A stretch of DNA of 64,000 nt, from positions 1,426,001 through 1,490,000 of the forward strand of contig NIVC01000010.1 of assembly GCA_002269645.1 (NCBI GenBank). The letters are read 5' to 3'. A model generated the notes under the pieces. The model ran no database searches, was not told the DNA's origin, and saw only the letters and a program-made list of their open reading frames with translations. The stretch is from Macrostomum lignano (Eukaryota). Shown piece by piece: positions 1-11,708 of the stretch. Position numbers and translations under genes: made by a program. The stretch's first letter is position 1; each line of letters starts with the position of its first letter.

Positions 1-2
1 AA

Positions 3-1487
3 GATGAGTCAGTGAATCTGCTGTCGAGCACCTGTCCTCTGCATTGCCTCATCTATCAGCTATCGATAGTGCCATCTGATTGGGACAAAGAATTGGCTGC
101 TGTACGCTTCCTTGAGGAACTGAGTTCCAGGAAGCATTGCGATTTCCTTCTGCGCTGCTGTGACGCTGAATCAGACGGCTACAACGCCCTGGAGTGGGCC
201 GTGATTCACAAGCAGCTGCGCGTCGCCGACTGGATTCTGAGCTCGCCAAGGTACACTACTAGCGCAGTCCAGGCCGTGGGCTTGCGAGAATATTCGCTGG
301 ACTTGACAGATTACAGTTTTCCCTGGGGCGGTCGGCTGTATAAGAATCCACTCAACGCGCTCGCCGAGATTGTTGCCGAGGATCTGAGAGTCAGTCAGAC
401 TGCAAAGGATTTCCTAGATTCCGATTCAATCGCTAGATGGACACAGCACATGGTTCATCGGTACAGGATGCCAATTGCCATCAAGATAGTGGCCGTATTC
501 CTGTTCAAGTGCATCTTCCTATTCTTTGGTACCGTCAGCATCTACCGGACGCTCTATTTTGGCTCCAGTTTCTCAGAAGCTCTCCAGGACAAAAATGCTA
601 CCCGAGATTGCGCGATGCTTCAAATATTCAGCTTTCTCTCAAGCTCAAGCTGTATTACGGCGAGCGTCAGAACTCTGTCGTTCATGGCCATATCGGTGGT
701 CAGCGCTGACGCATTTATGGTGTTCTTGGCGGTATCGATGTACCTGGCTGTAGCCAGGTGCGGCAAGTCGTCTTGGAGAATGTTTCTGCGCTACACTCTG
801 GTCGAGTCAAAATTCACGCAGTCAATAGTGGTCGTACTTATTAACATTGCAGCTGTGTACTATTACTTTTCTAATATATCTAAGCCCATGGACCCTGTGC
901 CGGCAACATTCGGAGAGGACTTTTGGAAGAGTAGCGTGGCTAGCACTTCGGAAATCTACTTTGTTGATATATTGGTTTTCGTCAGCTGCTGGGTGACGTT
1001 GTTTACCACAATCTACGATTGGACTCTGGTTGCTGATCACATATGCCTGGTGTGGAAAACCGGCATAGTGTTCAGCGGTTTTATGGTCGTCATATTCGTA
1101 GTCATAATTCTCTGCTCGTGGATCATTGCGGCCATAATTCCATGCGAACCAAGCTTCAATCACGAGTCGCAGAGCCACTTAATTAGCATCTGGACTGCCG
1201 TCTACAAAAGCCTGGTGTTTAGCACAATTTCGCAGCATTCCTACGAACGACTGGGAACATTCTCGATGCTAATGCACATGCTAATAAATTTGTTTTTCTT
1301 CAACTTTCTCATCGCGATCATGGCCGATCGCATGTCTACGATATGGGACAATTTGCGGCATATTGCCCTGGCTAACCGGTTAAGCGCTTACTTCGTGATA
1401 GAGTATTCCGTTGCATTCGTAGCTAGAATTTTTGTCAACAGAACAGAGCAACGCCGTCAATGGACTTTAACTTTTGTGAAGACCTAA
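3..1487 (+). CDS. TRPV-like ankyrin/ion-transport cation channel, 5'-truncated by the window edge, no intron visible
   Basis: The frame is open back to base 3. It shows an ankyrin-like GYNALEWAVIHKQ, then multiple hydrophobic segments, an S6-like HMLINLFFFNFLIAIMADRM and a TRP-box-like IWDNLRHIALANRLSAYFVIEYS, following the TRPV NLLIAMM...W pattern. Confidence 0.7.
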   Translation, partial: DESVNLLSSTCPLHCLIYQLSIVPSDWDKELAAVRFLEELSSRKHCDFLLRCCDAESDGYNALEWAVIHKQLRVADWILSSPRYTTSAVQAVGLREYSLDLTDYSFPWGGRLYKNPLNALAEIVAEDLRVSQTAKDFLDSDSIARWTQHMVHRYRMPIAIKIVAVFLFKCIFLFFGTVSIYRTLYFGSSFSEALQDKNATRDCAMLQIFSFLSSSSCITASVRTLSFMAISVVSADAFMVFLAVSMYLAVARCGKSSWRMFLRYTLVESKFTQSIVVVLINIAAVYYYFSNISKPMDPVPATFGEDFWKSSVASTSEIYFVDILVFVSCWVTLFTTIYDWTLVADHICLVWKTGIVFSGFMVVIFVVIILCSWIIAAIIPCEPSFNHESQSHLISIWTAVYKSLVFSTISQHSYERLGTFSMLMHMLINLFFFNFLIAIMADRMSTIWDNLRHIALANRLSAYFVIEYSVAFVARIFVNRTEQRRQWTLTFVKT

Positions 1488-1665
1488 TCAATCTAGCACA
1501 CTGACTGATATATTTGCTACTGATCGATACTATTGTTTATTTACTGTCCTCGTGCAAAATTACACTATTTAATGATACATTGGTAGTATAGTAGCTATAG
1601 CTTATGAAAAATCATGATGGAAATATACAAGACTATACAAGAATGATGAAAAGCATTTCCGTGAC

Positions 1666-3055
1666 TCAATAGATTTTCTCAGACGAAGCCAAAGCCAGAA
1701 AACAGCTCTGGGTACCCAGCCCCAGCCACATGGCGGCCGAAGCAGAATACAAAGCAATCAGGAGGCTGCGACTGATGGCGCACAGCCAGGGCTGCATCAG
1801 AGCGCAGACCGCCGCCGTGACTGAGCATCGAAGCAGTTCGCGTTTGGCCGTCAACTCGAGTCCAACCCGGTCCTCGAGCGTGCGAGCCACCCCGGTGAGG
1901 GCCCAGACGATGACGGCGCAGCCAACCAACAGAAGCAGCGGCTGCGACCTGTGCGCAGTCAGGAAGCCGTAGCCAGCTAGTGCGGCTATGAAGTGAACAG
2001 TGGCGTAGGCGGTGGTCCAGGAAGGCACCCGGGGATTCAACGGCCTGACCGGATAGCGAATCTCCGGGTAAATACCGGGTCCCAGGCGAGCCGCTGTTCC
2101 CGGCTGCCAGCTGGGCCCGTAGACCAGCAGTTTGAGCCGGTCGGTCCAGGACAGATAAGGCAGCCTCACCGACTGAGCCAGCTGCTTCAGATGGTCAAGC
2201 TGCAACGATAGCGGGTCAAACTGCGACTCCGGCGTCACCAGGCCGAACACGGGCGGTTCGTTGTCTCGCTCTGCCCGAAATGTGCCAAACAGCCGGTCGA
2301 AAAGGATGAACACTCCACCGTAGTTGCGATCGATGCAGTAGGCGTTGCGGCCGTGGTGCACTCGGTGGTGCGACGGCGTGTTGAACACGAATTCAATTGG
2401 CTCGGGCAGTTTGGGTATAGTTTCGGTGTGAATCCAGAACTGGTAGATCATGTTCAGCTGCAGGTGAGTAGCGAACAGTTGAGGCGGCAGGATGAGCGCC
2501 AGGGGTGTATACAGGATCCAGACCAGATACCTCTGCAACACTGGCTGTCGCAGAGCAGTGGTCAGGTTGAACCTCTCCGAGCTGTGATGCACTTGGTGTG
2601 ACGCCCAGATCAAGTTGACCTCGTGCGTGGCCCGGTGCACCCAGTAGAAGCAGAAGTCCACGCCCATTAGAGTGGCAAACCAGGCAAGAGTGGATTCAAC
2701 CGGAATGTCCACTAGGCGACAATTCTCCCAGATCCACAAGTAAACAGAGACCTCAACGCTGCGAGTGAACAACAAAGGCAGCTGGGAAAATATCCCCATA
2801 GTCAGCGAGATGAGACTGTCATTGATCGGCATGGACTTATTGCGGCCTTTCAGTGTTAGAATGGCGTACTCAAGTCCGATGAGAAGCAGGAAGTAGGGCA
2901 CACTTTCGTCAATGAGGTTGGGCACAGAGTTCACAGCTTCGAATGTCGTCTCCGCTGGAGTCACTAGGTACAGGAGACGACGAACTCCAATGACTGGATC
3001 GACGAGATGCGGATCCATCAACCAAGCGTCTCTGGTGCTGATGTTGGCGGCCATC
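1666..3055 (-). CDS. AGMO: Alkylglycerol monooxygenase (fatty-acid hydroxylase superfamily), intronless
   Basis: His boxes YWVHRATHEVN, ASHQVHHSSERFNLTTALRQ and NTPSHHRVHHGRN, plus IDRNYGGVFILFDRLFGTF. First ATG at 3055 (MAANIS); the ORF track extends to 3105 from a non-ATG codon. Confidence 0.93.
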
Positions 3056-4059
3056 GGAGAAAAGGCGCATAAATTGTCCAGCTTTGCCAGGTAGCACGTA
3101 CTCAATGCCTTGAGTTGTCTAATTTTATCAACTGCGCTGAGTTCTTTATCTGCGCGGGAACTGATAAGTCTGCGAGCTCTGTTGCAGACTTCGGTTTGTT
3201 TCTGTCTATGACTTTGGGTTCTGCCGCGCTCAATGCTTATTTATAACTTTTCTCTGCATTTTCATGCTAACAGTTCATAAACAAATGGCCTAAAATGCAC
3301 TGGACAGTCACACATAAACAGTGTGACGTGCACAGGGTTCGGTTAGTTGGTGCAACTGAACACTCCAGTCAGACAATTGGCCTAAAAGAGTTGGCGCGTT
3401 ATTTCCATTTTATTTCCATTACATTTTCAAGATTTCCGAGGGGTCGCTTAGGGTCACACAGAGGGGTGTGTGCGTTTTAAGTTATTTCAAACTTGTAAGC
3501 GTTTGGACTTAAGCCCGCCAAATTCTAACTCATGCTCTCGTTACGATGCATTTAGAGTCGTAAAATACTTTGTGTGCTACTTTTGTAAGTAGTCTTTTTT
3601 AGTCGGCCCCGATGTCCGCCCGCGCCTCCGCCTTTTTTGGGCGACGGCCGCCCCATGGAGCTACGTGACCTCCGCCCCGGCGTCGGGGGCGGCGCCGCTG
3701 GGCGGAGCCTGATGAAATTTGCTCATGAGCCTACTATTAGTAGTAGAATTAGCACAAATTTCTTATTTGCTAATTTCGCTCAGCTTTTTTCACGATTTTT
3801 TTGCTCTCTGGATTTTTTCGATTTCGGGATATTAGCGATCCTTGGCTTCGTAATTGAGGCTATTAGAATAATTAAAAGACTTGTTCGCTTCATTTTGTTC
3901 CTGCTGGTGCAGGCAACTCCGTAATGTATATTTAAGTCATAGTTCGCGTGTTGAATTATTTGCAAGTATTTTAAGGCATTACAGCATTTTATAAGTAAGC
4001 GCAACAATTCTTGAAAAAGAAATTTGAATATTAGCAAAATCAGGAGTGAAGTGCGTCGG

Positions 4060-4248
4060 CAGGGGTGGATTAAGGGGGCATTGGGACAGCCGCCCCCTCT
4101 TAAAATTGCTTGATAAAACATATTGTGCCCCAAGAACCTAAGAACCCAAGCTTGATTTTCGCTCCCAGCACACATTTTTGCGCCCCTAGCTTAAAAATTG
4201 ACGCCCCACACTTGGGCCCCCTAAAATGAAATTCTAGATCCGCCACTT
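4060..4248. mobile_element. Short MITE with CAG(G/T)GGCGGAT-type termini
   Basis: Left end CAGGGGTGGATTA, right end TAGATCCGCCACTT. Flanks TGCGTCGG and CGAGTCGG match at 6/8, consistent with a decayed 8-bp TSD. Confidence 0.55.
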
Positions 4249-4633
4249 CGAGTCGGTTGTTAACTTTCCTCCACTTCAGCCAGCAACAGTAGGGGCCCGT
4301 GCAACGATCAGAAGTTTTTAAGCAAATAGGGGAGCAAATAGCGATGCGAGGTACTTCACCCTATTTCTGATACTATTTTAACTATATTAAGCATTTAATT
4401 GTCACTGTAGTCGGAGGGACATCGGAACTCATCGTCACTCGAACCCATCAAATCATCCATTTCTCGAACAGCTCTGTTTACATTCGCACTGCGGCGCTTT
4501 GCTGCCCTCTGCTGCTGAGTAGGAGCTGGCCGCTTCTGGGCCCGCTGCGGCGTAGCAGATGTGGTGGCCTGCGAAAGCCCGCTGGCTTGTGGAGTCGAGG
4601 CTGCGCTTCTTGCGCTGATTGAATTTGAAGGCG

Positions 4634-6096
4634 TCATGGCACCGGCACTTGGCTATCGACCACATCCTGAGACGGCCTGCCGTTCTCCGCTCTGGTGCCG
4701 TAAATTGCTGAGACGACGTCTGCAATTCCAACAAGGGATGCAAAATAGGTCGATAACTATACAAGAGTGTGGTATCCATATACTAGAAATAAATGACTAT
4801 ATTCGAGTAAAATAACTTTATAAATATAATTGTTTTTATGGGTTACAGATTGTAAGAAGGGTTAACTGCATTTAGCTTAATCACAGAATTTCATACCTTG
4901 GATGTAGCCCAAAAACTTGGATTGAAACGCGAGCTCCCAATCGGATGGCTCCGTGGCTGCACCAGACTGGCACACCCTGTTCCGCATGCCCTGTCCATTG
5001 AAATTGACAAATGCTTGCAGTCGAGGCGTCAGGATGACATTGCCCATGTCGGTGACTGCAGTTGCCCAATCGCTGGCATAGACGTAGATGGTTAATCTGA
5101 GTGAAGTGACAGTAAGTTGGGTTACAGCTTAATTTCGATTAATATAGAAACTAAACTACTTTTACTACTGACTCCTCAGAGGCAGTAGTAAGTAGGGGAA
5201 TTTTTTAATTAAAATAGGTCAACGCTGAAACTTACCAAAGTCAAAACTCACTCAGAAGGCAAATCAGTGAGGAAGCGAGCATACTCCTCCAGTGAACTCA
5301 GAGGTTCATACAGCAAGCTGGCTGATTGCCCTGCCCGCTGATCCAGACGGGCCTGAGTTCCAGCCAGTATGTTGATGACCTGCTCTCGCAGCTGAGACAC
5401 ATGGAGGAATACGAGGCCGTCAGCGGAATTTAAGGGCATTGGCGCAATAGACTGAAGCTGCTCCTGCAGCCTCTTGATTGGGCCCGGCCCGTACTGCTTC
5501 CGCCGCTGCCGCTTCCCCTGTGCTGCTTCCGCCTGTGCTGCTTCCGCCTGTGCTGCTTCCGCCTGTGCTGCTTCCGTCTGTGCTGCTTCCGCCTGTGCTG
5601 TTTCCGCCTGTGCTGCTTCCGCCTGTGCTGCTTCCGCCTGTGCTGCTTCCGCCTGTGCTGCTTCCGCCTGTGCTGCTTCCGCCTGTGCTGCTTCCGCCTG
5701 TGCTGCTTCCGCCTGTGCTGCTTCCGCCTGTGCTGCTTCCGTCTGTGCTGCTTCCGCCTGTGCTGCTTCCGCCTGTGCTGCTTCCGCCTGTGCTGCTTCC
5801 GCCTGTGCTGCTTCCGCCTGTGCTGCTTCCGCCTGTGCTGCTTCCGCCTGTGCTGCTTCCACTTGTGCTGCTTCCGCCTGTGCTGCTTCCGCCTGTGCTG
5901 CTTCCGCCTGTGCTGCTTCCGCCTGTGCTGCTTCCACCTGTGCTGCTTCCGCCTGTGCTGCTTCCGCCTGTGCTGCTTCCACCTGTGCTGCTTCCACCTG
6001 TGCTGCTTCCACCTGTGCTGCTTCCGCCTGTGCTGCTTCCGCCTGTGCTGCTTCCGCCTGTGCTGCTTCCGCCTGTTCTGCTATTTTAGTGGACAC
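4634..6096 (-). CDS. Putative spliced gene or pseudogene with an AEAAQ repeat and a DUF4806-like C-terminal region
   Basis: The 5248-6096 ORF ends at GA|GTGAGT. An acceptor (TTCACTCAG) near 5096 gives in-frame LTIYVYASDWATAVTDMGNVILTPRLQAFVNFNGQGMRNR...LGYIQ|GTATGA. A third candidate exon reads DVVSAIYGTRAENGRPSQDVVDSQVPVP*. The DUF4806 resemblance is from memory only. Confidence 0.35.
5507..6080. repeat. 15-bp minisatellite (GCCTGTGCTGCTTCC)n, about 37 copies
   Basis: Direct reading; encodes AEAAQ in the minus-strand ORF. Confidence 0.95.
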
Positions 6097-6429
6097 TACT
6101 CAAAGCTGTAACAGCTGCTGCTGCAGTTTTCAGATCATTGATTTTGGATTTCTGGCCAACAGCATAAAGTCAAGCATAAATAAAGACACTACTCGTAGTT
6201 TCACCCAGTGAGGAGCCCTTAATTCTATTTCTAAGGGGCAGTGCTATTAAATAAAGCTGCCTTGAACATGAAACATGCCAAATTTAAGTTGCCGCCTCAT
6301 AGGCCGCCGGGCGATCACCGGGCGGCTTCGATTAGGATTTAAAAAATCGTACTTATTAAGGCGAAATAAATTATTACGATTACAAAATCACAATTTCTCA
6401 TTGAAAAATCAGATCATATACTTCATTTA

Positions 6430-6747
6430 TCTGGTGCTGGCGCCCCTGGTGCTGGCGCCCCTGGTGCTGGCGCCCCTGGTGCTGGCGCCCCTGGTGCTGG
6501 CGCCCCTGGTGCTGGCGCCCCTGGTGCTAGCGCCCCTGGTGCTGGTGCCCCTGGTGCTAAAGCCCCTGGTGCTGGCGCCCCTGGTGCTAGCGCCCCTGGT
6601 GCTGGCGCCCCTGGTGCTTGGCGCCTCTGGTGCTGGCGCCCCTGGTGCTGGCGCCCCTGGTGCTTGGCGCCCCTGGTGCTGGCGCCTCTGGTGCTGGCGC
6701 TCCTTGGTGCCAAAGCCCCTTAAAAAATCCTGGCTACGCCGTGCATG
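6430..6747. repeat. 15-bp minisatellite (GCTGGCGCCCCTGGT)n, followed by a MITE-like terminus AAAAAATCCTGGCTACGCCGTG
   Basis: The tandem array is read directly. The terminus reverse-complements to CACGGCGTAGCCAGG; the matching left end was not found. Confidence 0.8.
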
Positions 6748-6959
6748 AGCACACCAATAGCCAAGCTATTGTAATCGAATTTTCATCGTATATGTAGGTT
6801 GTGTCGTCAAATAGAAGCTTATAAATTCAGTCTTGATTCACGCTTACAGTTTGATTGCATGGTGCTATAGCTATACTTACTTCTAAAATGCAGTACAAAA
6901 CGTCAGAGCTACGTTGCACTAATAACTAAAAATAACCATCTCAAAAATGAAGACAACCG

Positions 6960-7470
6960 AGCAAGCGATGAGTAAGGGCTTTACTGTATTTTTAAACCTT
7001 GGCATGAAACTTCAGTTCAAGTTCATTACAGCAGCATGGAGAGAGAAATTGTACACTGACTTGCCTTTTCTCACCATTTCGGCTTCCACTTTGTGCGCTG
7101 CTTTTGCAGATCTTGCATCTCCATCGCAAACAGAGTTAATGTACAGTAAGTGTTAAGTGTACACTTGTACGGACTAGTTTAATGAAAACAGTGCACTGGT
7201 TGCTACGAGTACTCGTATTTAATAAGAGTATTTTTCATTCGCCAATAACCTATAGCATCTATGCCCAGACCCACGAAAAGGGACTCTAAAAACTAAGGGT
7301 CATACTGGACTTACTGGACTTAACTAAAGCAGATTAGTAAGTACTATAACTTATTGCTTTCTATTTGGTTTTACTGCGTCCAATTTGGTGCTGATCTGTA
7401 TAGAATCTCTGCCACGCTGCCAGGTCAGGCTGGTAAACGGTGACGCATCAATTTCAATGACGAAAAATGC
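6960..7470 (-). pseudogene. Possible Mutator-like transposase remnant
   Basis: Short stop-interrupted peptides IDASPFTSLTWQRGRDS and INSVCDGDARSAKA resemble the DGxWxxRG and DGD motifs of animal MULE transposases. Confidence 0.25.
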
Positions 7471-7753
7471 AAACAGAACGCAAAAACGTATTATCAGTAG
7501 GCCTTATAAACGAACTTATATATGCATTGTGCCTACATTGCTCAATACCATTAGCATTGAAAATTTTTTGATCGAATGATGCAAGTTTGAAAAAAATCGA
7601 TTGAGCCGCTTTTCCTAAAAATCAAATTACATGGACAAGTCGATACATGGACGACTCATTTTTAGTATAGTTACGTTGTCCTTGGTAAAAAAGGCTTGGA
7701 TCATTCTCTTTGAAATTGCAGGTTTACATTCCTAATTGACATAACTGATCGAG

Positions 7754-9352
7754 ATGAGAAATGACACACTGTCACACTACGAAAGAATTCCTACAGAGGC
7801 CGATCCTCTCATCCGGGAGCGCACGGTTGAAATCTCATCCTCATCCGCGTCATCGCAAATAAATGCCACCACGGCGGTCCCTGTCGACCCGGATACGGAC
7901 GACTCGTTGAATCATTCCAATGAGGAAGTGATTCAACCGGCGCGAAAATGGATTTTCGAACCGGCCGCTCTGATGTTCGCCGCGGCCATGCTCAGTCAGG
8001 TGTCTGTGATAACGCAGTACCTCTACTATCGAGTTGGCCAGCAGTTCAACGAGACGGTCAACTCAACCCGGGCATTCGTCTGCGACAGTCACTCCTTGGC
8101 CAACTCCAGCGAGCACCAGTTGATTAATCACATTCAAGACGAGGCCAGTCAGTGGACGTTGTACCGCATGGCAACCTCCGGAATCGTGGCGCTACTCGTT
8201 CTGCCACTGTTTGCTTCCGCATCTGACTACATGGGGCGTTGGCCTGCGCTTCTGCTGCCGTGTATCGGGCTGGCAGTAGACTCTGTCGGCTTGCTACTGA
8301 TACTGCTGTTCGACTTGCCGCTGTACTTTCTGCTGATCTCAGCTGGACTAGGAGCTCTTGGCGGTGGCTTTGGAGCCCTGTTCGCCGCAATGTTTGCCTA
8401 TCTGGCCGATACAACAAGTCGCAAAGACCGACCAATGCGGGTAGCCATCGTCGAGGGCACCTTCGGGTTGGCTGGTGTTGTTATCGAGCTGATGGTTGGC
8501 TGGTGGATGCGCCTCTCCGGCTACCTGCCTCCGATAATTTTCAGTTTCGCGCTAACCATGGCCAACCTTTTGTATGTCGTTTGCTTTGTGCCGGAGGTGC
8601 GACCTGCACGGCTGCAGCGGAAATTCTCTGGCCCTTCTTCAGTCACTAACGGCGGCGGCGATGAGAAGCGAATCTCGAACAAGTTCAGAAGACTTCTGAG
8701 GGCTCTGCTTCTGCCCTACAGCAACATCGCTGGCCTGTTCCGTATCAATACTCGTCTGTCCTTGACGCTGGCTCTACTATTCGCCTCCGTTTGCATCTAC
8801 AGCGCAAGCTTCATTGGCTCGTCAGTAGTTAGCAGCCTCTACCAAATGAACTACCCGTTCTGCCTTGACTCCGTGTTCATTGGCTATTTGAATGCGGCGA
8901 AAATTGTCGGCTTCCAAATCGGTGTAGCGGTCGGCCTGCTCATTATTCGACGCTATTGCCGAGTGAAAACTCTCGGCTTGAGCATTCTAGGCCTGATTTC
9001 GGCCACGATCGGCTTTTTAGCAACCGGGGTCGCTCCGAGCACACCAGCCCTGTTTGCGGCCGCTGCAATGGGTCTGTTCTCTATGCTACCATTGCCAATG
9101 CTGCGCGCTTACGCCTCTCAGGTGTCCCCGCCGAACCGTCAGGGCGCTCTGTTCAGCTGCATCGGCGTCCTGGAGGTGACAGGCAGTCTGATGGGTTCAG
9201 CTTGCTTTACCCTGCTGTACGGAGCAACTCAGCAGTGGCTCTCTGGCTTCGTCTACCTTGCTGTTGCCAGCTCAAGCTTCTTAGCTCTGCTGCTCACCAT
9301 TGGCTGCTGTCTGTCAAACTGCAGCTGTCCTTGCAGGCGGAGTTCCCTGTGA
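7754..9352 (+). CDS. SLC46-family (proton-coupled folate transporter-like) MFS transporter, intronless
   Basis: 532 aa with about 12 hydrophobic segments, motif-A-like SDYMGRWPALLLP, YLADTTSRKDRPMRVAIVEGTFG and SQVSPPNRQGALFSCIGVLE. Confidence 0.85.
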   Translation: MRNDTLSHYERIPTEADPLIRERTVEISSSSASSQINATTAVPVDPDTDDSLNHSNEEVIQPARKWIFEPAALMFAAAMLSQVSVITQYLYYRVGQQFNETVNSTRAFVCDSHSLANSSEHQLINHIQDEASQWTLYRMATSGIVALLVLPLFASASDYMGRWPALLLPCIGLAVDSVGLLLILLFDLPLYFLLISAGLGALGGGFGALFAAMFAYLADTTSRKDRPMRVAIVEGTFGLAGVVIELMVGWWMRLSGYLPPIIFSFALTMANLLYVVCFVPEVRPARLQRKFSGPSSVTNGGGDEKRISNKFRRLLRALLLPYSNIAGLFRINTRLSLTLALLFASVCIYSASFIGSSVVSSLYQMNYPFCLDSVFIGYLNAAKIVGFQIGVAVGLLIIRRYCRVKTLGLSILGLISATIGFLATGVAPSTPALFAAAAMGLFSMLPLPMLRAYASQVSPPNRQGALFSCIGVLEVTGSLMGSACFTLLYGATQQWLSGFVYLAVASSSFLALLLTIGCCLSNCSCPCRRSSL

Positions 9353-9654
9353 TTGGCTTGGGATGGAAAATTGAAAACTAAAACAAGACAGCTAGATAAT
9401 GCGTCGTATAAAATAAATCACATGCAAACCTTAAAACTTTAAAAGATCTTTCTCTCGGATACTCGTATTGTGTTGATATTATATTGCATTGCATGTTTCC
9501 ATTTTGACGCCTTCCAGTAATATTATGTAATATTATTCTACACTTTAAATGAAGATTACCTTCTGATATTTTATTACACCTATAACTGTATTTTAATATA
9601 CAATTTTTGCAACGGAGCTTAAAATGCGACACTTGATGATTCATGTTGTTTAAT

Positions 9655-9960
9655 CCGGTGGCGTACGCGGGAATTTTAATTGGACCGGCTACAGCAGCCC
9701 TCTTTAGTGTCTTGACGGGCGCCCCTGTCTCTTGGTCGACGCCCCTGTCTCTTAAGGGGGGGGATCCTGTCTCTTGGTCAGCGCTCCTGTCTCTTGGTGG
9801 ACGCCCTTATCTTCCCCATGTCGAACAGGTGGCAAAAGTTGAGCATCCTTCATTCATCGAGCTTACATGGTTACCTATAGCTGTCATTTAGATTCTGGAG
9901 ATGCGCAATTTTTGTGGGGCGATTTTTTTTTGGGGGGGGGGGTGGTTCCCCTGGCCCCAA
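9655..9960. mobile_element. MITE-like element with an internal CCTGTCTCTT motif x4
   Basis: Starts CCGGTGGCGTACGCGGGAATTT and has four CCTGTCTCTT motifs between 9724 and 9795; the right end is poorly defined. Confidence 0.35.
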
Positions 9961-10232
9961 CACCAACAGTATAAAAAATAATCATTCGAAAGCCCAAAAT
10001 ACCGTCTTGTTTTCTTAACAGTTGAATTTCGCAAAGATTTTTTTGCATAGCGCTTCACAGGCTTTCGTCTCAGAAATCAATACAGGCAAAATAAAAGTCC
10101 GTGTTGCTTTTGCTGCTAAACGACAGCAGAGTTGCGTTTTATTTTGTTATAATCGTCAGCATGATCAGCCAACATTCAGTTACACTTCGCATTTAAAATT
10201 CACTGGAAGATGGCAGTTTAGAAGGTACAGTC

Positions 10233-11708
10233 TTACTTTGGTACAGGAACTCCTGTAGTATAGATGAAGTTTCTCCAGTGCCCGCCGCAGCTCTGGCGTC
10301 GGTCACCACTGCAGCCAATATTGCAGTCGGAGTCTTTGGCTATGCCGTGCTTACCCAATGAATTTCCACAGAAGCACCATTCAGATGCTTGCACTCCGGC
10401 GTACATGAATCCTTTCGATGCGCACAGATTCAGACAGAAACCCGGCGTGTTAACATTGCTTCTGTGTTCAATTGGCAGGTCTCGGTTTCTCGAGTCGATG
10501 AAACAGCCGAGTCCCTTTAGAACTGTAATTAATGCACAGTTAAAATTGCGACTATTTACCAAATTTAGTCTTGAGAAGATTCTTTTCTCAAAGTTGCACA
10601 AAGTTTGAATTTTTCTGAGTCATTGTCTGGAATCCACCATGCAAAAGCGGTGGTGCGCCAGCAAAGATGACTTAACAACTCTGTACATCGTCTTATTTAT
10701 CCTTTTCTATCAACTTTTATGGTCTTCCGTACATCTCCTGTAGTTATCACTGCATGCCATCATCAATGTTGACAGTTAACTTGGTATATGGACTAATTAA
10801 TTGATAATTAATAGCTTACCGAGTTTTCGACGTACTGTCGAATATATTTCGGTTCTTTGGGTGCCACCACAGCTCCTGCTGCTGTCTCCGCTGCACTTCG
10901 TATTGCATTCAGAATCGTCTACTTGGACGTGCTTTGTGAAAGAGTTGCCACAGAAGCACCAAGAACCCTTTTGTACGCCGGCATATAGGTATCCATGTTC
11001 CTTACAGTGCCTCTTACAGTGTTCCGGTGCATTTCCCTTGCTTCCCCGTCGAAAAGGCAGGTCCCGACTTTTAGAGACCTCTTTGAAACAGCCAATTCGT
11101 TCTGGGTCTGCAAAAAACACGCGAGTACATGCTGTGTAATGTTAACTTTGGAAAAAAACTCTTCATTGTTTGAGGTGCTGCAGTAGCAACGAGTGTTGCA
11201 ATATGTGCAGAGGCGTGTACATGTACGCTCAAAATAAGATGATGCAGTAACTAACGTATTGCAACCAGAAGGCAAAAAAGCATCCAAAAATGATGCAAAG
11301 TAATTTCTTACCTGCTTTCGGGGGTTTGCTTTCGGCCTTTGGAGGTTTGCTTTCGGATTTCGGGGGTTTGCTTTCGGCCTTTGGAGGTTTGCTTTCGGCT
11401 TTCGGGGGTTTGCTTTCGGCTTTCGGGGGTTTGCTTTCGGCTTTCGGGGGTTTGCTTTCGGCCTTTGGAGGTTTGCTTTCGGCTTTCGGGGGTTTGCTTT
11501 CGGCTTTCGGGGGTTTGCTTTCGGCTTTCGGGGGTTTGCTTTCGGCTTTCGGAGGTTTGCTTTCGGCTTTTGGTGGTTTGCTTTCGGCTTCCGAGCGTTT
11601 GCTTACTACTTTGTGAACACTGCGCTTCAGACTATGTTCACTGCTGGTGGCCACTGGGCTGCAGAAGACACTCAGCGCGATGACTAGCAGAACCAGAGCT
11701 ATCCTCAT
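10233..11708 (-). CDS. Secreted protein: signal peptide, 13x AESKPPK, two WSC domains; exons 11708-11312, 11107-10820, 10522-10233
   Basis: Signal peptide MRIALVLLVIALSVFC. Phase-1 junctions G|GTAAGA, TTTTTGCAG|AC, G|GTAAGC and TTACAG|TT keep the frame. WSC motifs IGCFKE...C...C...YAGVQKGSWCFCGN...C...CSGD...CGG and LGCFID...YAGVQASEWCFCGN...CSGD...CGG. The 3' end could instead splice at AA|GTAAGA. Confidence 0.85.
11317..11590. repeat. 21-bp coding tandem repeat (AESKPPK)x13
   Basis: GGGGTTTGCTTTCGGCTTTCG-type units inside exon 1 of the WSC gene. Confidence 0.95.

Noticed and set aside
3606-3705. GC-box-rich island upstream of AGMO as its promoter
   Set aside because: Several CCGCCC/GGGCGG motifs are present, but it could equally be a MITE fragment and there is no TSS evidence.
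3709-3790. CTGATGA followed by short hairpins, a possible hammerhead ribozyme; also CTGATGA at about 13852 and on the minus strand at about 30104
   Set aside because: No paired stem II leading into GAAA; the latter two lie inside TE coding sequence.
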